DNA of 64,000 nucleotides from the NCBI RefSeq assembly GCF_009914755.1, contig NC_060937.1; one strand, given 5' to 3'. The number at the start of each line of letters is the position of its first letter. The first letter of the stretch is position 1. The notes under the pieces are model-generated. The model did not search any database, had not been told where the DNA came from, and saw only the letters and a program-made list of their open reading frames with translations. Origin of the DNA: the human T2T-CHM13v2.0 reference genome, Homo sapiens. Shown here in pieces: positions 41,247 through 55,315 of the stretch. The translations under genes were made by a program, and so were the position numbers.

Positions 41247-43663
41247 AAAGTTTGTTTTCTTATTGTATCATTTACCCCCTTCTCCCCCATTCCCCTCTAT
41301 GCGTATGGTGGAGGATTTGATACTCTGAATACAGAAGCACAGAAACATGATCGATTACAAACACCATTCATGAGATTTAGTGCAAAAGGCCCCAGTGTTG
41401 TTTACATCTAAAACGACCTCTCCTCTGCTCCCCCAACACACAAATGATCTATGTTTTGAAGAAAAAAATGTGGATTTTTTTTTTAATGAGTGGAGGAAGC
41501 AGAAGGAAAAAGGGAAACCAGATAAAGAAGACTTAGATCAGTTAATTCCTCCCACCCCTGCAGTTGTTTAGCTGTCTGTTCTACTTTGTGGACATTATCC
41601 TTGACTGTGGAACACCAAGGGGAGTGAGAATATGAAGACACTTTGGATCTGATGTTTGGCAGCTGTGATACTGAGCTAATAATTTTGAGTTTCATGTTTC
41701 CTTATCTTTCAGTAGAGAGAATGATATTCCTTATTAGAAAACACAGACGGAATATTTGTGAAAACACTGGCTTAATGAATATTAAAATGTAACAGAATGA
41801 TAGGTTTGATGATGATCTGGTATTCTCACTGTCCTGAAACTTCATGATTTTTGGATTGAAATAATTTATCGCTGTATGGTCCACATAGTTGTCCTCATTA
41901 TTTTAAAGAAGAGATCCTTTATGATGATTCTGTAAAGATGTATATACTCTGCAGCAAGAGAGATTTAGGATAGCATAGCTTTTGAAAAAGGGGAGTTAGT
42001 GGGTTTTCCTGCAACGAATGTTAGATTAGGTATAGAGCACCATGTGCTTGATGTGTGCTTAATGGGATGGAATGACTTTACCCTGTGCAGATGCTAGTAG
42101 CAGCCACATACAGTGGGTGCTCCTAGTTCAGTACTGTGCTGAGCCCAACACTCATTATCTCAGTGGCTCCTTAGAACGCCCTCTGGGACAGGTGCTGCCA
42201 TGGCTCTTATTTTACAGCTCTGAGAGGTGAAGGATGGAGCTAATGTAGCCAGACATGCCTGTTGCCACTAGGCTTTCCAGTCTCCTTGGATCCGGACTGG
42301 CTCTACTCTTCAATGTCTTTTTCATTTCTCAAATACTATGCATTTTAGACCAGCCTGTCTCATCCCCCAGAGCTGCTTTAAAATTGAGCAGAGAATTCTA
42401 TCATTAGAGGACACCAGCTGAACAAGGCCAGGGGAATCCTAGAACTAAATTTGTGCCACATAATGAGATGTGAGGGGATTGTTGGTTGCAATTGGTTTCC
42501 CAGAGACCTGAGAGATTCCTGAAGGTTATTTTTTTTTTCTACATGTGATTCAGAAGTATCTATATCATTGAAATATCCTCAGATTTCGAGAATGTGAAGG
42601 AACCCAGCAGTGTGTACATCTTATTTTTCTGCTTTAAAATTATCCTCAAGAATAGATTGGAAGCACCGGGGTCACAAAGTCTGTTTTTTGAGGCAGGGTA
42701 AGGTTAATCCTTTCCCTAATTCATCTTTTTCCTTAGGCAGAAAACACAGGAGGAGAAAAAAGACCAAACACATGTTAATATTTAAATTCATAGATCCAGA
42801 GCCCAGAATTTTAGTATGTTGGTTATTGGGATAAAGGGACTGGTGGATTCAGTAAATGTCACATGGGCAATTCTCTTAAGATGATAGAAACCATATAAGC
42901 TTCTTTGTTGTCCTTTATTAAATGATGCATAAGACTGTGCAATTTACCCTGCACCAATCTCTTGTATGTACTGTTATGTAGCTGCTGTAGCCAGGAATTA
43001 AACCTGTGATCTGTTTGATATGAGGCCAGATTTTATTAAACTAGGTCATCAGGGCACACACGGGGGCTGGGTCATGCTGGCACTGTGTCGTCTTTGGAAA
43101 TTAACTGGGTAAGCATGCCAGTAGGCAAACGAAATGGCTTTGCTTCTGCTATTAGAAGCAGATAGCGGGGAGCTGTGTAATATTTGAACATGCATCCAGT
43201 TAATGAGGAATTACAATGAGAATCCTGGAAAAGTTCCTGTGATACTCATATTATGTCAAAGGAGTTCATCATATTTGAAATTATCACAGGAATTACAGAA
43301 TAATTCAAAATGAATAGGTAATTATTCAAATGTTGTATGAGTTATTGCTTCAATGTGCACATTCTTAATACAATGTGGATTTCTGCCCTCTCCTTGTAGA
43401 AGCACTGAGAACCTGAGCTCACATCAGCCATTTGGTCGTGATTTCCTGGGGCAGAAGCTGGGGAGTTTGCATAGGGAGATCATTTATAGTTCTTTTGAAG
43501 GTTGAGTTTGGTTTTGTCTAGGAGATAGGAGAATGAATTAAATGACATTTTAAAAATGGCTTTTTAATGTCTGCTTTTGCCTGAAAGGGATTTTGTATTT
43601 AATTCTTTGTCATATTTATGTAGTTGTTATTCATTGTACTTAGCGTCCAGATTTTTAAAATGC

Positions 43664-43700
43664 TGTGTGTGTGTGTGCGCGCATGTGTGCGTGTGTGTGT
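43664..43700. repeat. (TG)n/(CG)n alternating purine-pyrimidine tract
   Basis: tgtgtgtgtgtgtgcgcgcatgtgtgcgtgtgtgtgta. Confidence 0.9.
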
Positions 43701-43843
43701 ATTTAATGTTCAGTTGCTAATATGGGGATATTTCTCTTAGATGCCAGGATAGGAGAAAGGCCTTTTCAGAAGTACTCGTCCACCCCACATGGCTTGGGGA
43801 GCAGCTTTGGCACATAGGGAGGGAGGAAGGGGTCTGCAGCATT

Positions 43844-43846
43844 TGT

Positions 43847-43885
<39 letters not shown>

Positions 43886-44182
43886 TGTGTGAGAGAGAGA
43901 GAGACGGAGTCTAACTCTGTAGCCCAAGCTGGAGTGCAGTGGCATGATCTAGGCTCACTGCAACCTCCGCCTCCTAGGCTCAGGTAATTCTCATGCCTCA
44001 GCCTCCTGAGGAGCAGGGACTACAGGCGCACGCCACCACACCCATCTAATTTTTTTGTATTTTAGTAGAGACAGGGTTTCACCCATGTTGCCCAGGGTGG
44101 TCTCGAACTCGAGCTCAGGAGATCTGTCTGCCTTGGCTCCCCAGAGTGTTGAGATTACAGGCATGAGCCACCATGCCTGGCC
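43844..44182 (-). mobile_element. Alu with a compound (TG)n(AG)n tail microsatellite
   Basis: Alu reverse consensus 43900-44182; TSD ~cagcattt. Confidence 0.88.
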
Positions 44183-44186
44183 AGCA

Positions 44187-44515
44187 TTTTCTTTTTTAAA
44201 ATTTTAATTTAATTTACTTGTTAATTAATTTATTTTTTAGAGACAGGATTTCACCTTATCACCCAGGCTGGAGTGTGATGGTGTGATCATAGCTCACTGT
44301 AACCTTGAACTCCTGAGCTCAAGCAGTCCTCCCATCTCAGGCTTTTGAAGCTAAGACTATAGGCAAGTGTCACCAGGCCTGGCCAGTTTTTTTTTTATTA
44401 AATTTTTGTAGAGATGGCATCTTGCTGTGTTGCTCAAGCTGATCTCAAACAACCATCCTTCTGCCTCCGCCTCCCAAAGCACTGGGGTAACAGGCGTGAG
44501 CCACCGCTCCTGGCT
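44187..44515 (-). mobile_element. AluJ
   Basis: atcatagctcactgtaaccttgaactcctgagctcaagcagtcctcccatctcag (J-type). Confidence 0.85.
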
Positions 44516-44539
44516 AGCAACATTTTCTAATCTTTCTGC

Positions 44540-44682
44540 TGTAAATTTCACTTGTCACTAGAATGTAAACTTCACAAGGGTGGGGATTTTGTCTGTTTAT
44601 TCACTACCATTTTCCTGACACTTTGACCAATAAATGCCTAACATGCATTGGACACTAAGGAAATGTTTCTGGAATGAATGAA
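44540..44682 (+). mobile_element. L2 3' end
   Basis: ctagaatgtaaacttcacaagggtggggattttgtctg..aatgtttctggaatgaatgaa. Confidence 0.7.
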
Positions 44683-45019
44683 GCCATTTGAAGCTTGTGT
44701 CTCTGGGAAGTAGAATTCTTTTTCTTTCATCTCAAAGGAAAACAAATTTACCTAGTCTTTTGCTTATTCTTTCAGCAGCACAGAGACATATTGAGAGATC
44801 AAGGAGAGACACTTCATTTAAGAAATTGGAAGGAAAAAAATTATCCTTTATGGTGTAAAACTTATTTAATGGAAGGACTGGCTTCGTGGTAGAGGTCCCT
44901 GTTATGTTCCCTCTCTGTTTTGTTTGTTTTTTTTTTTTAACCTAGACAACTTGCTATACATGTTGCTCAGAATAAGAGGGTACGTAAGTCATCAGATAGC
45001 CACAAAGAAGGACGATGTA

Positions 45020-45205
45020 GACTTTGGTGACACTCTGGGTCATGTCTCAGCTCTGGCATTTTTTAGTGTGTGACTTTACTTATGTTACAGTTTCCTTACC
45101 TTAAAAGGGGATGGTACCTGGCTTGCATCTCTGTAAGGATTACATGAAATGAGAAGGGAGAGCACTCAATAATATAACAGTGCCTGCCACAAAGTAAATG
45201 TTGCT
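45020..45205 (+). mobile_element. MIR
   Basis: agctctggcatt..gtgtgact..cagtttccttacc..aggattacatga..cagtgcctgccac. Confidence 0.6.
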
Positions 45206-45313
45206 TCTCACTTCCAAATGAAGCCTCATTTAAGTCTCCTTTAAGAACTTGACATTACTAGACTTGCTAATTTAACTGCTTTTCTTAAAAACATATATGC
45301 AGTCTTTTTCTTA

Positions 45314-45344
<31 letters not shown>

Positions 45345-48034
45345 TTCCTCCTTCAGAATAGGGCATATTAAACAGAGTCCTGTAAGAAAGTAGAGCTGCT
45401 TGAGTTATAGCCTGGCACTGTGGATCGTGTTTAGGCATTTACATAACTGCACTGATCTGAACTAGTTTGTTAATGAACGAACATTTCTTAAATATGGAAC
45501 CCACGTGAGAGACCACGGGGGAAATCTAAACTAAGTTTTTGAGGTCTCCCAATCCAGGGCAGCTCTCTCTTTGGAGTTTAAAGGAATCGTCAGGTCTCTG
45601 TAATAACTAAAGAACACGAAAGAATTATATTGAAAACACTTGGCTAATTATAAGTTCTAAGAGGCATTTCAGTTCACTCAAGCGTTTTAACATCCACCAG
45701 GACATACAGATACACTTCTCAGTCCATCAAGTCAAAAGCTGTGTGTGTCTTTTAAATGTTTTAGTTGTAGTTTTCTTCTTTCCTCTTTAGGAGAAATTAA
45801 ATCATCAGGGCAGGTTAATCTCCACAGACTATTATAGATGTGCAAATAATATGCCACTTACAGTGCGTTTTTAATAGACTGCTTGTCAGAAGAGCTCATG
45901 TTTTCTTCTGCTTCATGTAGAAGCAGTTCTTGTATATGCATTCAGAAAACAAAGTAGTCTTTCATTTAGGAAGAAAATGCCCTCTTAAAGAAACAATGAA
46001 TCTTAATAGAAGAGGGTATCAGGACTCATCTTCCTTCTCAAAGGCAAACATAACAAAATTGATAGTCTATGAAACTCACTAATTTGTCCTAGCTCCGTCG
46101 CGATTTTTCATACCTCATGCATCCCTGTACCTTGTATTATAGTTATTTGTGAACAGACATTATTTCCTTACTGGGCTGTATGCTTCTTCAGTGGTGTAAT
46201 CCATGTCTTATTCATTCCCAATATTATTTGGCAAAGTGTCTTACACGTAATGGGGATCCATAAATACTTGGTGAATCAATGAGGATTTTCTGAGCAAAGT
46301 ACAGAGGGCTGGGTTCATTGTTTGTGGTTCTCATAGTTTTAATTGGGGGTGATGTGGAAGAGTTCATGTCCTCGTCAGGTTCCTGCTGAGCCAGTGTGCT
46401 GTATTGTATTTAGGATGGCAAGAGAAGCCTGCCAGAAAATCACCTAAGGTAATTATTTTTGACAAAGTGGGAAGATATTCAAATAGGCATGAACAATATA
46501 GAGTTTCTGACAATAAAGTCAATATCACTTGAGGTTTTTTTTTGGTTCCTTGGATTCTTCTTGGTTCCAGTGCAAATGAGAAGGTGAGGATGAGGGTGGA
46601 GTATAAGTTTTTGCCTCCCAGATAGAGGGACACAGGGCATAGGAGCTCTGATTTTGGATTTCTCAGTGCAAAGGAAGAGGGAGGGGAGTAGTCCAAAGGC
46701 AAAGGCAAGAGGATCTCTAGAAATGGGGCTCAGTGGGATGTCAGGCCTGGATTCGTCTAGAGGACACTGAGGATAACTTATTGTGATTTTGTACCTCTCC
46801 CCCTTGCCTATCAATTTCCGCTGCATCCTCTGTCTTGTTGTGGCTCTGGCAAATTGATAAGGAGTTGGCAGGGTGGTTTTGCAGGGAAGGCCTCATTTCC
46901 TTTCCTGTGTGGCCTAGTTCTTCCATCTGTGACTCTCTTGATAGCATCTTCCTAGACTTTGTTTCATCTTGGCTTTTTCAGCACCTCCCAGGCCCATCTC
47001 CTGGCTGGTCTCAAGTCTTGCTAGGGCACTGTCCAAGGAAACCATGCAGCAGCCCTGAAGACTGATGCTGTCTCAGAGTTATACTTCCTGATGCTGGATG
47101 GACCTCACATAGATGCAGCCTCTGGGCGCCAACGTTATGCAAAGCTCAGACTTGGGAGGAGAGCGGGAAGGAGGGGAGTAGCTAGGCCTATTCACTGTCA
47201 CAGGTGGGCTTTTACCAGGGCTTTCTGCCTTGGCCAGGCTCAGCCCTCCTGTCATCTGACCTCACTATACACTTATCTGCAGGATAATGCCCCGATTTCT
47301 TAGCAGGAATATAAGACCTGTCCCACACTCTATGTTTTATCCACATTTCCTGTCACACCCTCCTTTTCTAGTTCAGGGATATATATATATATATTGAATG
47401 CCTGCTTTGTGATAGTCACTGTGCCAGATGCTGAGAACGTCAAAAGGAATAAACTTTGGTTTCTGCTTTCCAAGAATTTACTATCTTTCCAAGAATTTAC
47501 TATCTATTGGTATAGCCCAATATACAAACAACTTCAAAAAAATAGTTTAAAGGAATGTTAATGGGGAAACACAGAGGTGGGACTCACAAGCCCCTTTTCT
47601 CCATCCTTCCTAAGCCACTCATGGTTCATATGTATGGGGGTCAGCCAATATTGGTTTGATTGTGATGTTTTATATCTGTAGTATTGTATGACAATAATTG
47701 CTGTTCTGAAAAATAGTGTTAGATACCCTAAGAATGATAATAGTCAAAAGGATTACATTATACGATAAATAATAAAAACAAACTTGTTGGAATGTTAGTG
47801 GTACCTGGTGTGTGAGTGGTATCTAGTGTGGTAGGAAGAGAGATGAATATTTCAGAAGTATTTTCAGTAACAAGGGGTGTGATTATTGAGTTTCAAAGAA
47901 AATTAACTTAGAAGAGTCTTTCAGTAAACATTCCCGTTATCACTTTATAATAATAATTGATATTTCTAGCCCCACCCTATTCCCTGCCAATCCCGCTGCT
48001 GTTGACGAGGAGATATTTTTGGCTCGAATGGTCT

Positions 48035-48248
48035 CGATGTCAACCTACAAGGATTTGCCCACTCTCCCAGTGGACATTTGGCAATGTCTGGAGACATTTT
48101 TGGCTGTCATAACTGGGGACACTGTGCCACTAGCATCTAACAGATAAAGGCCAAGGATGCTGCTCATCATCCTGTAATGCATAGGATAGTTCCCCACAAA
48201 GGATCTTACCACCCCAAATGCCAGTAGTGCCAGAGTTGAGAAACCCCA
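48035..48248 (+). mobile_element. MER20 hAT DNA transposon
   Basis: ggacatttggcaatgtctggagacatttttggctgtca..ggatgctgct..gttgagaaaccc. Confidence 0.85.
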
Positions 48249-50903
48249 GTCTGGATGAATAGCCTATATTGCTGCATGGTCTTCTTATAACAGCCTTGTT
48301 ATGATTTAATCCATCAGATGAATAGTTTCGATGATCACTTAGCATGTTTTGGAGAGCTTTACTAATGTATCCCCAGTGTCTAGCACAGACCCTGTAACCT
48401 AGTCCACAATTCATATGTATTTGTTTGTTAAATGCATAAGTGCATATATTCCTGAAGATAGTAGCATTTTATTTGTTTTCCAAACACTCCTCTTGTACTT
48501 TCAGAGTTAGATAAATGGAAAATATGTGCCGGAGTTTATGAGAGTTATTTCAAAGATTCAAAGCAAGTGTTAGGTCAGTAAAAATAAGACACCTGGATCT
48601 CTAAGAGGGAGAAGATAGAAAGTTATCAACTCTAGCATCAGCTTGTTTGCAGAGCTGAACAGGCAAAAACACAGCAGAAGTTCATGAAAGCCCAGTTGGT
48701 CTACAGCCACAGAGGAATATGCTCTAAGCAAACAGCTGCACCAAAAAGCAAACTCAACACAAACCTCTAATAGGAAAATAAGTGGGCATCATACAGAGTC
48801 CTTAGAGGAACTAGAAACTGAGCTTCACAGCAGCACTACCTGAGGCTAGGGGCACAGACAGATATAACTACAGCCAGCTCAGAAATTACCTTGCACTGCC
48901 CCATGGACGCCATCTGTGCTGGCTTTGCTGGGAAAGCCAAGTGCTTGACTTCCCAATTTCTCTCTCACCGTTTTCCTGCTTGAACCCTTTGCTCCAGCCA
49001 GACTTTCCTGCTTCTCCTCTAAACATGCCTTGTGCTGCCTCTCTCTCATTGCCCATGACGTTCTTCTGTCTAGAATGCTGTTTTCCCGCTCCTCTCTACC
49101 TCTGAGTTTTCCAAGACTCAGCTCAAGTTCAGCAGCCTGTATGAAACCCTTCCCAAGTTTTTCCTGCATAAAAAGTCTTTAACAATCTTATTTGGCCCTC
49201 TCTTACCCCCTCCAAATCCAGGAAACAAGGTAGTGTCATGTTTTATCAGATTCCATTCTATAGAAACCTCAGGTGCTTCGAAACGATGAATGGGACAAAT
49301 GCAGCTTTTCATGGTTGGTGGAACAGGCCGTAAGGATGGGAGAGCATCTCCCTTTGGTTCATCAGGGCCCACTGGATGGACGCCTGTCACAGGCTGTACA
49401 CAACAGTCTGCTCGTTGGTATAAGGTGCCTTTGAAGGTTCTGATAGTACTTACCTGGACAAAGAAAGAGACCTGAAGGAGTACTTTTATATTGTCCGCAA
49501 ACTCAAGAAATAGACAAAAATGTAAATGTCATCCTGACATTAGACAGATACATTCCCCTCTGTATAGGGCCCCATCCCAGTTTTTGGACAGCCCTGTTTT
49601 CTCAGGGTTCAGATACAACACGGAAAGTGTGTGTGTCTCTTGTTGTGCTCTGATCTTGGCTCGTGGCAAGTTCAGGGAGAGGGGCCAAGCTTGGCTAATT
49701 GGCCAGCGACAGCCCTGCTGGGCTAGGCATTCTGTCAGTCTCACCAGGCACCCTCTCTCTAGATTCAACCCAGAACTTTGCAGTATTGTGTAGAATTCCC
49801 AGCAGCAGTGAGTTCTGATCAACTCTATTTACAAGAGCAATATTAAAAACATAAATTGCCCAGAGGGTATGCTTAACATTAAGGTGTTAAACAGTAGAGG
49901 GAGAAGGGACTTGTGAAAATGAAGTTTAATTTTGATACAGAGAACTTTCATTCTTTGTGCAGGATGTCTTAAGGATGTCTCTAAACCATCCTGGAGACTG
50001 GTCTTTAGACAGTTGATTCATTTTCTAGCAAAACTCAGACAGATATATTAAAATTAAAATCTCATGGTGGGTATAAAATTTCATTATTATACCTGTTCTT
50101 ATTACAATCACTTGTTTTCTATTCATATGAGATCATTGGGTAGAGAAAATTTACCTTGATTTTTGCATTCAGAATTCAGTTGCCTGTTTACCATGGTTTC
50201 ATTTATTTTTAGATGAAAATTTCCCCTTTTTGTGTGCAGCTGAGTGTATCTCTCGTTTGCCAGAAGGGAGGGGAATATCGCTGTTAAATGAGGATGATCA
50301 TTTATTTGCAAGTTAAAACATATTCTGAAAAGGATGGAAGCTTGTTCTTGCCTGAAGCTGTTTGTTCTGTGAGGCTTTGAGGTGTCTCTGAGGGCTGTCT
50401 CTATGCTCTATTTTGTCTTGTTTCTTAGCAGTAAAGCCTTTACTTATGTTGGTATAGGAAGTAGAGATAAGTGATAAAAATATCTGGAGTGGACCTAAGA
50501 GAAATAAGAGATCTGTAACATTCACATAATTCAAATGCAGGCCTGGTGATTCTGAAACATTCAAAATTATGTTTTTAAATGCCATTATGTAAGCACATAC
50601 ATTTGTCCATTGACCGTGATGGAATTCATTGTAAGTGACCAGTGGTTCCCAAAGCCATGGCATTGGCTGATCTACAAAGAAAAGGAATCAGAGTACCTGT
50701 TTCAAAAACAAATCATCACATGTATATGCAAATAATTAAGAAAACATGTACTGAGTGACTACAACATAGTGGGCACTATGCAGATGTCAGAGATACGAAG
50801 ATATATATGATATGGTTCTTGCCCTCCAGGCACTTAGAGTCTAAGAGGAAATATAGATGAGTATAGATCCGGTACTTCTGGTACCTGCTGACAAGGACTC
50901 TGA

Positions 50904-51054
50904 CCAGGGTCCTGAAGCACGCACAGTTCCAGAGGCCCTCCTTAAAAAATATACAAAATTACTAAAGGAGCACCTGGTAGAGAGATGAATGTGTATGTTG
51001 AAGGGGCTTGTGCAAGTGAGGATCCCCGAAGTGTCAGTTTCCGCCCCTGGCCCT
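50904..51054 (-). mobile_element. MER53-like MITE
   Basis: ggggcttgtgcaagtgaggatccccgaag..ccgcccctg. Confidence 0.5.
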
Positions 51055-51169
51055 GTGGGATGTATCTGAGTGGGTAGGAGCACTTGAGCAGGACTTAGCG
51101 CGCCCAGCTTGGCCTGGGGCACCGCTTCCTGGAGCGGGTGGCATTGTAGGTGTGTGCTGTTTCCACTCT

Positions 51170-51690
51170 TCCCTCCTGGAGTCTACTCTCCACACAGTAG
51201 CCAGCGTGAGTCTTTAAAACCTAAATGAGATGATAGCACTCTCATGTTCACACTTGCTTTCCATCACACCGGGACTTGAACCCCACATCTATCTCCCTCC
51301 CCCTCGCTCCTGATGCCTCCTTGCTGTTCTTAGACCTTCAGTCACTTTCCTGTCTCAGGGGTTGCACTTGCTGTGCCCTCTGCTTGCAGGATTACTCCCT
51401 CCTATTTAGCACAGGGCTGGCTCTTCTCCACCTGCTCAAATGTCCATCCTCAGAGGGGCCTCACCTGATCACACTATCTGGTGCCCCTCTGTGTTCCCTG
51501 CCCTCTTTATTCTGACTTATTTTCTTCAGAGCATTCTCCCTACATTACATACTCCTTTGTTCATCTGTCTCTCCAGTTGGATTGGAAGCTCTGGGAGGAT
51601 GACTGTATGGCTCTTATTCTCCGTTATTTCCCCACACCTTGGATGGGGTCTGGTATACAGGAGGCACTCATTAAATATCTGTTAGAAAAA
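51170..51690 (+). mobile_element. L2 3' region
   Basis: ccacacagtagccagcgtgagtctttaaaac..gctcaaatgtc..ggaagctctgggagg..aggaggcactcattaaatatctgtt. Confidence 0.7.
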
Positions 51691-51845
51691 AAAGTGAGTG
51701 AAACTAATACAGACATGGTGGGACAGTAGCTGGGAGGTCTGTCTTCAACAGTTTGTGAAAAGGGAGGCTAATGGTCTTCCAGGACTCTATTTTGAGAGGC
51801 TAAAAATATATTTGTTTCTGAGCAACACTAACTTACAGAATTTTA

Positions 51846-52287
<442 letters not shown>

Positions 52288-53369
52288 ATTCCTTGGAAAA
52301 AACTTTCATGCAAGATTCCTATGGATGGATGGCATCTGATGATCTGAAAAAGGTCTGAGATTGTATTCTAATCAACAGTTACTTAAATGTTCTGTTGTCT
52401 TAAATGCCTTCATGTTGGATCTGGTTGGAAGAGATTTAAATCTCGAAAAGTGGGAAAGGGAGGGGACAGTTCAATGTATGAATGTGTGGTAGGCGGGGAG
52501 TTTAATTTTCAAGAGGTAAAAAGTCCCATCTAAAATGTTTTCTCCACTGATGATATATTTGTTAACTTTATGAAAATGTATTGATCCTGAAAGCAGCAGC
52601 ACATTGAATTGTTAAAGTGATCTCTTGTTCTCCATGTTCCTACTGGTTACATATTCCTCTTCTCTAGAACGGCAGTGGCCGGAGTGGATGCCTTGGAGGC
52701 TCCTAAAATTCTGCTGGGGGTGGCTGATGAACAGAAACTAAGGTTTTATTATATTTTGCTATAAGGACTGACACAGATGGCCTCACTTGGGCAACCTGTA
52801 AGGCTCTGAACCGAGGTGTCTTGAGGCAGCTGGTGGAAGTTCCATTGTGTGGAGTGGAAACAGTGACACCTTCATACCCTTGTCCTTTTTGCTGCATATG
52901 TGTATGGGATTAAGTAGATTTACAAATTACATTATCTAGTTATAACCAAATTGACCTTCACAAAATACAGAAGTGGCTTAAAAACCAGAGATTGACCATC
53001 ATGTTAAAAAGTAAAAGTGCAAATGAGCATCAAAGAGGTGGCAGAATTTATATTCCTTCTGCTACTGTTTGTGTGAGAATTGCCTTAGCCAAATAAAAAC
53101 AGATGATAACTTAATACTACTATATAAGAAGTTGGCCAAGGAGTTCAAGATCATCAAGAAGATTATTTGAAATATGGATTCATAGCTAGTATTATAACAG
53201 TGTATCTTGTGCTATCTGTATAGGATGGCTTGTTATAGTAGTTACTGGTCAGAATACATGTAATCTACAATGCATGAATAAACAAGTACACTTGTATTGG
53301 GGGATGCATGCTCAAAGCTTCTTACAGTTAGGGGTGTCCACTCAAGAAAGCTTAGTGTCCACTGCTTGA

Positions 53370-53533
53370 GGGACTTGCTATTCAAAGCGTGGTCTGCAAA
53401 TGAGGCATCAGCTGGGAACCTTTCGGAGATGCAGAATCTCAAGACTTACCCTAGACCTCTGGAATCATAATCTGCATCTCAACAAGAATCCCAGGTCATT
53501 TGTATGCACATTACAGTCTGGGAAACACTCCTT
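53370..53533. mobile_element. MER5A
   Basis: tcaaagcgtggtc..ggcatcagctggga..gcagaatctcaag..gaatcataatctgcat..aacaagaatcccaggtcatttgtatgcacatta. Confidence 0.8.
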
Positions 53534-53639
53534 TAGGGAATATTTTATAAGGATGCTGCTTCTGTGCATCTGAAACCAGGAAGTCATTTCTCTCCACAAG
53601 AAATTGTGGAACTAAAGATGTCTGATTTTTACTTCTAGT

Positions 53640-53770
53640 TATGTTGCTTACAAACTTGGCCTTGGGCAGCTTAATGACCTGCTGAGATTCTGTTCCCACA
53701 TCTGTAAAACAGAGACAACAATCCTTGCCTCCCAGAAGATTTATAAGGGTTGTCTGAATGTGAAGCCCTC
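53640..53770 (+). mobile_element. MIR
   Basis: gccttgggcagcttaatgacct..catctgtaaaacagagacaacaat. Confidence 0.65.
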
Positions 53771-54484
53771 TCAGGAACCACCGTTCAGTTTTGCCTTTTC
53801 CCCTCTGCGTTGTTAGTCCATGAACACATTGAGGGAGGGATAGCTCTTCTCTATCTTTGTATTTCCCAGCACAGAGATCTTTAAACTTTTGCTCATGTAC
53901 CTCTTAAAAAGCCTTGAAAAATAATATATACCCGCCCATTTTTAAAAGTTCCTTTGGTTTATCATAAATTTTAAAAGTTACAAAGTAATCCCTAGGTTGT
54001 TGTAAACATTGACATTTAAGAAATAAAACCAGCTATATTCCGCTTTTCAGTCTAGCCAGTAGAATCTGATCACTGGGTAATTTGAGAGGCTCTCAGTGGG
54101 AGGAGCCAGAGAATGTCTTCCCTCCCACTCTCTGACTTCCGTGGCGTGTCCAGTAGCAGCTTAGTATCCTGGCAGTTCTAGCTCCCACTGGATGGGCTCA
54201 TGGTGGTTCCAGCTCCCTCCTGGGGTGCTCTGGTGACACATCCCCTCCTTTTGTCCCTTTAGCTCAGGGGTGGTGCTAGCTTCCAGCCCTTACTTATCTT
54301 GGTGTTTCTCCGAGGTTCCCAGCTGGTTTACCAGCTCTTCCTTCATTGGTTTAGTCAGTTCCCTGCAGTAATTCCCTCTGTGCCAAATAAAGTAGACTCA
54401 TTCTTTTTTGGTTAGATCCCAACAGATAAATATACCAGTTTTTATTGATATGCCGATACGAATTGTGCTTTTGTCACTGGAAGG

Positions 54485-55315
54485 TTTTTTTTTTATTTTA
54501 ATAGATTATTCTTTAGTAGCATAATTCTATCATCTCACAGGCACTAGTCATTTTTTTAAATTAAATTAAATTTTAAGTTCCAGGATACATGTGCAGGATG
54601 TGCAGGTTTGTTACATAAGTAAACGTGTGCAATGGTGGTTTGCTGCATCTGTCAACCCATCACCTGGGTATTAAGCCCAGCATGCATTAGCTATTTATCC
54701 TGACGCTCTCCCTCCCCCTAGACTGCCCCACTACTGACAGGCCCCAGCGTGTGTCGTTCCCCTCCCTGTGTCTGTATGTTCTCATTGTTCAGCTCCCACT
54801 TATAAGTGAGAACATGTGGTGTTTGGTTTTCTGTTCCTGTGTTAGTTTTCTGAGGATAATGGCTTCCAGCTCCACCCATGTCCCTGCAAAGGACATGATC
54901 TCATTCCTTTTTATGGCTGCATAGTATTCCATGGTGTATATGTACCACATTTTCTTTATCCAGTCTATCATTGATGGGCATTTGGGTTGATTCCATGTCT
55001 TTGCTATTGTGAATAGTCCCGTACTGAACATACACATGCATGTATCTTTGTAATAGAATGATTTATATTCCTTTGGGTATATACTAGTAATGGGATTGCT
55101 GGGTCAAATGGTATGTTTGGTTCTAGGTCTTTGAGGGATCACCATCCTGTCTTCCACAATAGTTGAAGTAATTTGCATTCCCACCAACAGTGTAAAAGCG
55201 TTCCTATTTCTCCACAGCCCTGCCAGTATCTGTTGTTTCTTGACTTTAATAATCGCCATTCTGACTGGCATGAGATGGTATCTCATTGTGGTTTTGATTT
55301 GCGTTTCTCTGATGA
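54485..55315 (-). mobile_element. 5'-truncated L1PA (PA8-PA10-like) carrying a ~50-bp 3' transduction
   Basis: L1 ORF2 C-terminus (ORFs 54789 and 55104) and 3'UTR span 54575-55315. There are two T-tracts, and the TSD TTGTCACTGGAAGG(TTTT) lies at 54471 and 55316. Confidence 0.9.
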
